Source of the DNA: Lingula anatina
Taxonomy: Eukaryota; Animalia; Brachiopoda
Assembly (NCBI GenBank): GCA_051362555.1
Contig: CM120645.1
Location: forward strand, 1,116,001-1,180,000
DNA length: 64,000 nucleotides
Reading direction: 5' to 3'
The notes under the pieces are model-generated. The model was not told where the DNA came from. It saw nothing but the letters and a program-made list of their open reading frames with translations, and made no database searches. Below are positions 52,778 to 63,516 of this stretch, in pieces (position 1 is the first letter of the stretch; every line of letters begins with the position of its first letter). A program made the position numbers and the translations under genes.

Positions 52778-55700
52778 CAAGCATGCATGGGTATAAGATT
52801 TCAGATTAACACATAAAAATGCTTTAACCAGCTTCACAGGTTTTTCTCTTTTCTTTTTCTTTCTTTCTTTCTTTCTATCTTTCTTTTTTGTTTTCTTAAT
52901 TTTTTTGAAGAAGAGGATAAGAAAGAGAGAGAGAGAACATATAAGGTTATAAAACGTGATCTCAGACGAACGCAACTTCTTTTGACTTGCTCCATACGTT
53001 TCCTTTTGCCCTATATACACTTAATAGTTTTTTTTTTCATTTAACTCAATCCCTTTTTTTCGTTTATACCAAGAAAAGATTACATACTGCTAACGAACCA
53101 GCAATATTATCGTCGCGACATCTTTGCACGAGCCTTCTCAAAGCACGATAAGTGGCAACGCGTTCCCGTTTCCGGCAACCTGCCTCTCAATTTTTACCAC
53201 GCCAAACAATTTCTGTTATCGAGCTCCAAACATCTTCAACAAGCAAGGCATCTGAGCGTGGAGCGCTTGTTTTCCCATTTTCGCGATAAATCATCAAATT
53301 AAAGTAGAACTTTCTTGCCTTAGGTAACTCCCCGGTCCACGGAGCTGATGGAGTAGTTTGCATTCCAACTACTCAGCCAATTTCACAGGCGCTCTAAAGA
53401 CGAGGAGAAGTATTTTATCTCAGCCCCAGCGAACGTATTTCTGTGTTGTCGAATTGATCGAAAGGCTGCACTTTCTGTAAACTTTCTGCCACTTTAAGTA
53501 ATCAGGCGAAAATGATTAAAAATGAAACGCTGACTATTCTTTGTGTGCACTCCTCGATCGGGTTACCTCCGGTAACTGTTTGTTTTAGGACTATAAAATA
53601 TCTAAATCTCTTCCAAATTCGATTATTCCACAAGAGACAGCGCTTTCTTGAAATATAACAACAAGTGCACGGCAGCGTTAAAAGTTGATGTCTTTTATCT
53701 CAGCAATTTAAGCTTGTCATTTTCGATCACGATGACGTACTGCTGGGGGCAAACGGGATAATTTGTTTGCGAATTGGGCCAATGTTGTACTTGTAGTTAA
53801 CAATATATATCTAAGCTATCGAGTCTAATGTTGACGTTCTATGTGACAGGCTTTTGATAACGTAGGGCGTGTTGACAGTGAACGTCTTATACCAGGGTGG
53901 GCAGGATTGAAAAGGAAAGGGGGGGTAGTCGATTTCTGTAAAAGGTTCCGCATTTTCCCGACCTACGGTATACTCGGTTAACTGATATATGTTAGGCAGA
54001 CAAATTCCCTGCTTATCTTCCAAGTTAACTCGTAGAAAAAAACACTATTAAAGGTGTGTTGATTACCTGTCATTATGACAGGTTTATCTTTTGCTCTTCT
54101 CAGCGGAGATTCAAAGACATTGGCGTTGAAGCGCTTTTTTCCAGAGAACTTAATCACAGTGGAAGGAAACTTTGGAAATCCTGAGAGAGAGTAATTGTAG
54201 TGTCGACCCCAGACAAATCAAGCTGGCGAGATAGAAGACGGAGGTTAGGAAGAAACATGAAGTCAAGTTTCTTAACGCAGGGCAGATGTATACGCACAGC
54301 TCGGGGAAATAATGAATGGCTCCAATTTTCTCATAGTTTGTCGTGTTTCTGAATTGTAAACACGGAAGGAAAAGGGCCTAATATACATCTTTTATAGTTT
54401 TGTAAATCTCTGGAATTCGCCCAACTGGCATGGAATAATTGGAACAGTTGAGCAATAGATCAACTCCTTTCCTTTATTTTGGAGTTTCAATTCCCAGAAA
54501 AAGGTCTACGGACTTTTTTAAAGACACCACTTCTTTTCTTACGTGTTCTTCAGGCCTGGTTTAGTACAATCCTCCATTTATAGATCTTCGACAAGACCCA
54601 ACCTTCACATACTATTAGTTTGAAGAGCTATGGCCTTAACTCGTGTAAATATAAATGTTATGGTGCTTGTTGAAACGCTAGGAGGGGGGACACAACAGAA
54701 GATTAGCCGTTGCCCCATCAAACAGTAAATCCCTGATGCTGTTCGAGGTTGTTTGGTATTTCTCCCCATAAAGCTTTGTATTATACCCAGTGTTTGGTAA
54801 ATTACGACATGCCACAAGCAATGAGATTATCCAGAACGTTGTGAAAGTCCTGGGGAAGACGCTCTATGAATCAGGGTCCTGGCGTTTGCTGTTCCTTGAC
54901 TGGTATAATATACCTAACTCCTGATCTCTCTGTCTCCACACACGCACAAGCACACAGCTTACAAAGGAAAGTTGGCGCACGCGTGAAAGCAACCACGCAT
55001 GAATTCCCAATGAGAATTAATAAGTAAAAGCTCACATGCACACACGTTCGCGCACTTTCGCACAAAAAACTTTGGAGCTTGAAGAATATGGTAAAAAGCA
55101 TCTTACCTGTGGAGGAGACCCAATATCCAACATTGAACGCGGTTGCACGTAGACTACAAAAACCAAAATTGACTCCACCAGCCTCCAACGCTGGACGAAA
55201 ACCAACTCAGCGGGATTATTTAAAACTCATTCCTTCCATTCTTTCCACTAAACGGGAGCAGTTTACCTCCTATTAGCTTTTTAGCCCGTCTATTTACGGC
55301 TATTTACGGGCGCTCCCGTCGCGTGCAATCTCGCGGCGTGCGAGGACAAGATGCGACAGCGGTGCCCGGATATGGAGAGCACACTACTGACGGTTCCAAT
55401 TCACAGGCCGCGGTCACGTCACTGGTAATTACATGGAAATAATACTGAGCGTGAACTCAGAGATCTCCCATCACCGCAGCCGGTCAAGCTCCCTCACATG
55501 CTCAACTCTACTAATCAGGAGGCAATTTTGTTTTGGGTTTTTTTTTTATCTCCAGGCGAAATAAACTTTTAAGATGTGCTGTCTGGGTGCCGTGGTTTTA
55601 ATGGCAGGGTGTTTGCTGATCATGATGTAGTTAATCATTCTGGTAAAGCACACACAGAGATAGCGGTTGCCAAATTGCTTATTTAGTGGCTGATTTTACT

Positions 55701-57409
55701 TATTAAAGAACCTGTCGTGATCTATTTGGCACACTGGCGACTGATGGACATGCTCCACCGTGCCCTCTAACGCCCAGATGTAACAAGCCTTTTGATGGAA
55801 AAATATCCGGATACGAGGCAGCAGCTTTTTGTTACCCGCGGCGAGTAAGTGTATATGCAACGCATAAGAAAGCAGTTCTCATTTTTTTACAACATGATAT
55901 TTTTGAACAACTTAAAATGATAAGCAATTGCAGTATCTTCACAACATTGTGTATATTAGAATTAATAAACACCACATTTAAGAGTAATGATTCTTTTGTA
56001 TAGCTGCTATTTCTTTGTCATAATACTGAATTAATAAAGATTTTCCTTTTAGCCAAAAAAGGGTCACCAACAAATACGCATTAAATTGATAATCGTGATA
56101 TGGTCAAAAAGATGAGGTGGCTCAAATTGCTTTCTTCAACTATGAACATAAAATCATCTCAATATTTATTATTATTATTATAATTATTATTATTATTATT
56201 ATTATCAAAAGAAGGAGATGTTTCTAAAAAAAAAAAAATGATGGCAGTCAGAGGTACCTCCTCTCCCTCTTTCCCTCAACATGGGAACTGATATCGCTGT
56301 ATACACTACAGAAAAATGCCAAATATGAAATCAAACCCAGTGAGCCGTATGACTGCTGACACGTCAGTTACCTGAGAAGAGACCGATCTGATACAGATAT
56401 CAATTAAAATACCGCTGCAGTGTTGCCAAGGACGTTTACCTTTTATTGAATTATGTTGGCATTCTTAGACGCAGTTCGCGGAGCCAGATGATGAGCTGGA
56501 AAGTTCTTTTTCATCCAGAATATGGTTGTCAGAAGTAAGAAATTAATAAATAAATAATATAAAAAAATAGTCACCAGTTTCATTTCCATGAAATAAAATG
56601 AAATCAAACTGATCAGAATGTGAACTGAAATTTGACACTTTGTGTCAAATTTACGAACCCAATTTTGTCTGCTCATGCCTCTCGATCCTTCCCCCCCCCC
56701 CCCAAGACACCAACCCCCCTCTTATGTCCTCCAGAATTTACTGGTGTATTTTTTATTTTTTAATTAAAAAGGTTGCCTGCAACCTTTAAAAAGTGAGCCC
56801 GGGAGTTATGGAATTAGGTGATAGGGTTTGAGTAGAGGTCAACTTTTTCTTTTCTTTTTTTTTTTTTTCTTAAATTAAATTAGCTAGAGTTGTGGCTAGT
56901 CACTCAGCCCTGGATGACCTTTACATTGACCTCCTGTCAGAGCGCGTGGAGGTCAGAGCATGGAGGTCAGAGAGTTGTACAGAGGGGAGAAGACCGCCGG
57001 CTATTATTAGCCCCACTCGACCTCGACACAACAGGCTTGAATGATAAGTGCTTCTAGACAGAGAGTTCAGTTTCGGGGCCAGTGGATAAATATATAGATA
57101 TTTCAAATGTACTGAGCGACAGAACAATATTATGAACAATCCAATCAATAACGAAGTTTTTGTGAATTAAAGAACCAAGGATAATGCACATAATATAGCA
57201 TTGTTATTAAAAAAAACTTCTTGGTTTCTTTAATAAGAAAAGCGCACGAGAGAAATACTTAGTTTTTTACTGTGTCGATTAGAAAAATATGTTAATGATA
57301 GTGGAAGCAAATGTAACAGCATGCTGAATTTCAATTTAAAATTGTAAGGATTATTAATAATCTATTTTTATTTCCTGACAAAGGGGGATTCCGAGCCTCG
57401 TTCTAGATC

Positions 57410-57548
57410 GGCTGTAAATGACGTAAGCGACTGGAATACCGTCGCCATGTTTTAGAATACAACGACGACAGTGTGTGAACTTGAGCTGAAAAACGTCGAT
57501 TTTATCACTGGTATTACGTAGTTGCAATACGATGGAAGTTGCATAATG
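57410..57548 (+). promoter_or_regulatory. TMEM168: Candidate TMEM168 promoter and non-coding exon 1
   Basis: CRE-like TGACGTAA (~57419), YY1-type CGCCATGTT (~57444), local CpG cluster and donor ATG|GTGAGA at 57549. CpG depletion begins just downstream. Confidence 0.55.
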
Positions 57549-58261
57549 GTGAGACGCTTTCCTCTTAACATTTCAGTCGCTTTAAATATTGTGGTTATAA
57601 CATGCAAAGCAGGGCAACATACAAAACAGATGGCATTTCATTTTCGATAAATTTTATTTTTAACTTGCTGCCTAGCAGAGTGAAGACATCTCCATTTGGA
57701 ATCAAAATACACTACAGACAGCGTGTAATATTTGGACAAGTCTGGTGGAAGAAAGTCTGATTTTGTCCCAGCACCCTCTGTGCGACAGTGGATAGCGTTA
57801 AAATGGAATGAAATGTTACAAAGTTGTTCAGTGATAGAATTTATATATATATTTTTTAGCAGTAATTTACGTGACTGGTGTCAGAAAGCAAAAGACAAAA
57901 GTCATAACAAAAGACAAGATGTAAAATTATTTTCTGACCCATGTATTTTTGATGATGTTAATTTTAGATTTTCTAGCTCAGAATGAAGCTTTAATATAGG
58001 AGGTACAGGATTCATGGGTTTGTGTGTCATTAAGAGGGATTATGCATATTTTGTTTTACATTTTCATATTTGCATAGATTGCTGTTGGATTAGTCATTTA
58101 ATGTTCATGAACAGAGAGACTCGGAAGGGGAGGGAGGGGAGTTGTCATATATATATATTTGCAATTATCAATAGCCTGCGATGGCGCTAACACTCGTAAA
58201 TTGGCCAAATGCTAAAACTGAGCTTAGATTGCCTAAACAATATAGGGTTGATTTGACTTTT

Positions 58262-58850
58262 TATGTACAGACACAGATGTGTCTGTACATATTGCCATCA
58301 CCTGCGTCTGTCGTCGCCGTCGCCGATGCCGATGGCGATGCCGATGGCGATGCCGATGCCGATGCCGTCGCCGGCGCCGTGCACTTTCCTTGTAAACACG
58401 ATAAGTGGAAGGCAGTTTCACTTTTTGGCTTTATATTTACAGAGCTGATGAATATTCATAAAACGCAGGTCAAGTTCGAAAATCAGCATGATCGGGCCAT
58501 TATTGTAGAAGTTATGCTGTTTTTTCACTTTTCAGCATATATGCAACCTTGTAAACACATTTCAAGGAAAACCGTTAGGCTTGTTGTCACGAAACTCACA
58601 GGAGTAATCAATCTTACTAAAACGCAGGTCAAGTTCGAAAATCAGCATGAACCGGCCACTATTTTAGTAGTTATGCGGTTTTTTCATTGTTCAGCATATA
58701 TGCAACACTGTAAACACAATATAAGAAAAACAGAAAGCCCAATTGTCATTAAACTCACAGGAATGGTCAGTCTTACTAAAACGCAGGTTGAGTTCAAAAA
58801 TCAGCATAATCGGGGCATTATTTTAGAAGTTATGCTGTTTTTTCACATTT
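58262..58850 (+). mobile_element. Non-autonomous Helitron/Helentron-like (HINE-type) element with an internal 159-bp tandem repeat
   Basis: 13-bp perfect hairpin at 58262-58291, then ttgccatcac, a (GCCGAT/GGCGAT)n microsatellite, and AAACGCAGGT..GTTC at 58461, 58620 and 58779 (period 159). This layout is typical of mollusc HINE/pearl-like elements; the family call is an inference. Confidence 0.6.
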
Positions 58851-58854
58851 CCTC

Positions 58855-59660
58855 AGATTTCCTCAGATTTAATTCTTAGGCATGTTAAAAGCCTTATTAT
58901 TTAAGTAATAAGATACGTAAAAGTGTTTGTTTGACATTTCCTGCATCTTTACAACATTGTTAGTTGATTATGTAAAAATGATGGTAAACTTGTTATCGTG
59001 TATTGTGTAATAAAGTGTCAAAAATGGAAATAAACTCATATCATTGCAGTTTGTCAGAATTTATCATTCACTATGTTCAGAATCTCAGAATGGAGGAAAT
59101 TAGACATTTAACACTATTCTATTGATATTTTCCCCATCTCATCAATTTTCTTAGTTGATCATATAAAAATTGCAGTAAACTGTTTATTTTGTTTTATGTT
59201 AAAAAAAGTGTTAAAAATGGAAATAAACCCATGTCAGAACAGTGCTGTCTTGTTTCACATTTCCTCAGATTCAATTCTTAGGCATGTTAACAGTCTCTTT
59301 ATTTAACTAATAAGACATGTTAAAGTGTTTGGTTGACATTTCCTGTATCTTTACAACATTATTAGTTGATTATGTAAAACTGATGGTAAACTTGTTATCA
59401 TGTATTGTGTAGTAAAGTTTCAAAAACCGAAATAAACTCATATCATTGCAGTTTGTCAGATGCAGTCATTCACTATGTTTAGAATCTCAGAATGGAGGAA
59501 ATTGGACATTTAACACTGTTGTATTTATATTTTTCCCATCTCATCAATTTTCTTAGTTGATCATATAAAGATGGCAATAACCTGTTAATTTTGTTTTATG
59601 TTAAAAAAATTGTTAAAAATGGAAAAAAAACATTTCAGAACAGTGCTGTCTTGTTTACAT
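58855..59660. repeat. Tandem duplication, two copies of about 402 bp
   Basis: cttaggcatgttaa occurs at 58875 and 59277; the copies align throughout, e.g. agaatctcagaatggaggaaatt and cagaacagtgctgtcttgttt. Confidence 0.85.
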
Positions 59661-59898
59661 TTTGGCATTTTCAAGTTGTGACTTTGAAGTTCCATATGGG
59701 CCTGAAGAGCTTTGCTAGTCACATTTTCTGAATATCCATGATACTAATATTTTATTATTAAAATTGATGGTCATTATGCTGTTAAACATTATGTAATATT
59801 GCATCAAAATTTGAAAAAAAAAATATTTTGGGCACTGCTCCCATGATGACCATTTAAGAAAAACAATGTCACTTACTGTTCTCAAACAGTACAGTAAA

Positions 59899-60100
59899 TA
59901 TGTACAGATGTGTCTGTACATATTGCCATCACCTGTATCTGCCGTCGCCGCCGGCGCTGGCGCCGTGCACTTTCATAGTAAACATGATAAGTGGAAGGCA
60001 GTTTTACTTTTTGGCTGTATGTTTACAGAGCTGATGAATATTCATTAAACGCAGGTCAAGTTCGAAAATCAGCATGATCGGGCCATTTTAAGGGAAGTTA
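59899..60100 (+). mobile_element. Second, truncated copy of the head of the same element
   Basis: Closely matches 58263-58510 (tgtctgtacatattgccatcacctg...gataagtggaaggcagtt...aaacgcaggtcaagttcgaaaatcagcatgatcgggccatt), with shorter hairpin and microsatellite. Confidence 0.65.
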
Positions 60101-60590
60101 TCATTAAAATTTTGCATCAGAATTGACAGTAGCCTATTTTGTGCATAGTTATTTCCTGTTTTTTGTCTGTACATTTGACAGCTTTGCTGCCTTGTTTTTT
60201 TTTTTTTTTTTTTTTTTGTAATGGTAAAGTAGTGATTTGGCTTAGTGAAAAAAAATCACTAGTTCTACCCCAGAACAGCCCGGTGCATTATTTCACCTCT
60301 CTGTTAATTTTATAGATGGTTTAGAAATGAGCTACATGTGTAAATAAACTTGAAAGAGTAGATTTTGGTGGTGATCTGTTAGTAAATTAGTCCATAATAG
60401 CTTCCTTAGAGGAAGTCTACACTGTCTTAGTCCTTTTTTATGTGAAAATAATGTAAACTGTTTACTAGTATTCTATTTCATTTCTTGCTTTTTTTTCCCC
60501 AGAGATTTGGACTGAAGCAGTTGAAAAGATATTCCACATGTTGAGTTAGATGCAAGCAGATGATTGGTTCTTTGGGGTTCACCTGGACCA

Positions 60591-61891
60591 ATGAGGAGGC
60601 TGCTTACATTTCGGAATGGTCTAGCCTTCCACACAAGTCAAGTGCCATATTACATTCGTAACCTTCCAATTTACATTCGCACAATGTACACGACAAAGCT
60701 TCAGTTCAGCATTCTTTTCGTAAAACACATCTCGACGCTGGTTCTTTTAATTGGCCTCAGTCTGGGTTTGTACACCAGATGGCAGCACACAGAGGACATC
60801 ACCATCTTAATGCTGGCCATAGTGGGGCTGTTTGTGATGACTATCTCCCTGGCTTTGACCTACTATTTCTCCATGGAGACGGTGGGGTCCGTCATCATGC
60901 ACCTATGGCTGGGCAGCCTGGTCGGGATGATAGCCTTCACAGAGAACAAGATGTTCCAACACGAAACCCTGGAGGAAGTGATGAACATACTCCTCATCAC
61001 CAGCCTTGGATTGCGCTGTTTTTGGGCCGTGGGAGAAAGGTGTGTGCAGGCGGTGTCGTACTCACGCACGCTGGCGACCAAGATGGAGCTGACTGAGATG
61101 ATGGGAATGATCATTGCTAGTATTTTGACAGACAAAGACTTTTTATCTCTTGCCCTGTTAACTAGTGCTCTGATTGTGACGCTCATTGGAATACGACTCA
61201 AGTCCATGTTATCTGTGTTGTTATTGATTAACCTTGCTGTCATATCAACGTTTTTCTTCTTCCCAGTTTTGAAGATAACTGTGAATATTTACGCCTTAAG
61301 TTTGTTTGTTGGACGCATGTGTTTCGAGCCTCTCATAGATCTCTACTTTTCCAACCTCACCACATTGGAGAGGTGGCAGGCATTCTTGGACTTGTCGAGT
61401 TTTTACAGAAAAGTGACGCTCATTGTTATAATGCTGGTAGAACTCACATTTGTGTCTTTGATGGCTTGGTACATGCCCAACCACAAGGAATGGTTTATAG
61501 TGGTACCAATATTTGGTGCCACGGCCCTGCTCTGGCTCAGCTTCCACCTAGTCTTTCTCATCACTTGTTGGCAGCTCATGAACAAAATCACAGATTGTAA
61601 CACCACCTATGGAGCAGTCAGTGACGAAAGCAAGAATCTCGGCCAAATCATGGCTTCCAAGGGTGTCCGCCATTTTGCACTGATTTCTCAGCGTTTGGTT
61701 ATGTTCACGGTCTTGAGCAGCGTCATCGTAGCTGCTGTAGGGTTTGAGACTAGAAAAGGACTGACGATCAGTTTATTCCTGACTATTCTGCCTTTGGAGT
61801 GCATGGTGCTCAGCTTGCTGCTTGAGCTGGGGTCTGTCTTGGGAGGGACGTGTGTGGGATATGCACTGGTGGCGCCATCTACATACCACAG
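60591..61891 (+). CDS. TMEM168: TMEM168 coding exon 1 (multi-pass membrane region); exon starts at 60503
   Basis: Acceptor tttttttccccag at 60501-60502; ATG at 60591. Motifs LGLYTRW, YYFSME, DLYFSNLTTLERW, IMASKGVRHF and ELGSVLGGTCVGYA match TMEM168. Donor AG|GTAAT, phase 2. Confidence 0.95.
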
Positions 61892-61909
61892 GTAATCTGA
61901 AAAAGTGGT

Positions 61910-61954
61910 GAGAGAGAGAGAGAAGAAAAAAGAGAGAGAGAGAGAGAGAGAGAG
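61910..61954. repeat. (GA)n microsatellite at the start of the TMEM168 intron after coding exon 1
   Basis: Seen directly. Confidence 0.9.
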
Positions 61955-62379
61955 ATTGTTCTGGCTGAGCATATTCATGCTTGTGATTATTTGGGATGCA
62001 TACTGTTACTAGTATCCCAATCTGTATAGAAATGTCTGTATACCAGTTTATAATTATCCCACAGGCTTTTTCATTTACATACATGATTTTACAGAATTCT
62101 AGTTATATGTTGAAAGTCTTGTCATTGTAAGGGGGAAGCTGTTATATCATTGTACTAACATTTTTTTCACTTTCCTGACTTTAAATGCCATATCCCAAAG
62201 AGTTGATGAATCCCCAACCACCCCCACCACCCAAAAAATAATAACAACAAAGAAAGAAAATTTAATAAAATAAAGAAAATCTGTGGTATATTTGCCTTTT
62301 TAGGCAATGCATACCATAATATTTATCTTCCATAAAATATCTGTTTTACAATAATATGACTTATTATCTCCACCAATAG

Positions 62380-62654
62380 GAAGGATGCCAAGGCTACGGT
62401 CCTACCCACCAATGCCCTACAGGAGCTGGGGTCAAGGTCAACACAGATCCTGAACCAGATCCAGCATTTCTTTGCCTACCATATGGTGGATGTGTACGGC
62501 TGTGACTACTCTTCCAGTGGTATTGCCAGTGAGGCGCTGCAGTCGAAATTAAAGGCATTTTTTGACCGTCGTATGTCGGATGGGCCAAGATACGACACGT
62601 ACATTGTGTATTATAGCGGTCATGTACAAGAGAATGGGGATTGGGCTCTTGCAG
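62380..62654 (+). CDS. TMEM168: TMEM168 coding exon 2 (275 bp)
   Basis: Translates KDAKATVLPTNALQELGSRSTQILNQIQHFFAYHMVDVYGCDYSSSG...[25 protein letters not shown]. AG at 62378-62379, GT at 62655; phases 2 and 1 are consistent. Confidence 0.95.
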
Positions 62655-62956
62655 GTATTTGAAGTATATGTGTTCATAGTTAAAGGTACTTAGTGTAAGC
62701 TTTTCCCTTGAAAAACACATATTACTTTAGAATTTTTCCTGGTGGGAACAGTATTTTCTCTGACCAACCATCCTTTGATGATGCTTTCTGCCCACATGCC
62801 ATATTTCTGTAAGATTCCAGTAAAATTAAGAAGTCCTCACCCATGCTTAATAGCTTAATGTCTACTCCACTTCACAGCCTCACCCTCAACTTCAGAGAAG
62901 TTAATAACAAATTATTGAGCTTGGATCGTGACGAGTTTTCAAAATTCTCTCCACAG

Positions 62957-63516
62957 GAGATGGCACACTGAAATACGAAGACCTTCTCGAGTGGTGGAGA
63001 GAGAAAAATGCTGACTCTGATTCCCGTCTCATCCTCGTCTTGGACACGGAACATTCCTACAAGTGGGCCAAACCAGTTCACAAAACCAGGGACGCTTTTA
63101 TAGCTCTTCAGGCAACGAAGATTGGAAAATACACAGACCCTGAAGAGGGCGCCACAATCAAATTGGGTGACTTCACCAAGGAGTGGGTGGAGTATAACAA
63201 CGTCAGTCTAAGCGGGGACAGCGATATCAACTGGAAGGATTCAAGTCGCGTCATTAAGGCTGTCTATTCCACTTCTCGGTGCTGGACTGACTTTACCTTC
63301 CATCTGCCGACCGAGGACGAGATCGCGCAGCACTGGCAGAGCAACTTCCCCAAGTTTACGCGTCCTCTGATCAAAGCTACTCACTTCTGCCCCAGTGTCA
63401 GCAACCTATGCTTTTGCTGTGACTGTGTTGTGAGGTGTATGAGGAGAAAAAAGATGGCTTGGTTTCCGCCATCTGAGTTGGATACTGGGCATGGGTTTAA
63501 ATTGGTCAGGTCTTAG
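62957..63516 (+). CDS. TMEM168: TMEM168 terminal coding exon; full CDS 2136 nt, 711 aa
   Basis: Acceptor ctctccacag. Translates [17 protein letters not shown]...LGDFTKEWVEYN...WTDFTFHLPT...LDTGHGFKLVRS*, matching the vertebrate end LDTGQGFKLVKS. Confidence 0.95.

Noticed and set aside
15278-53020. Many short ORFs with SLSL, ERER, HTHT, CVCV or poly-Y runs
   Set aside because: Translations of microsatellites.
60779-62084. Alternative-frame and antisense ORFs over TMEM168 (and likewise over FBXL14 and Wnt5)
   Set aside because: Shadow ORFs of real coding sequence.
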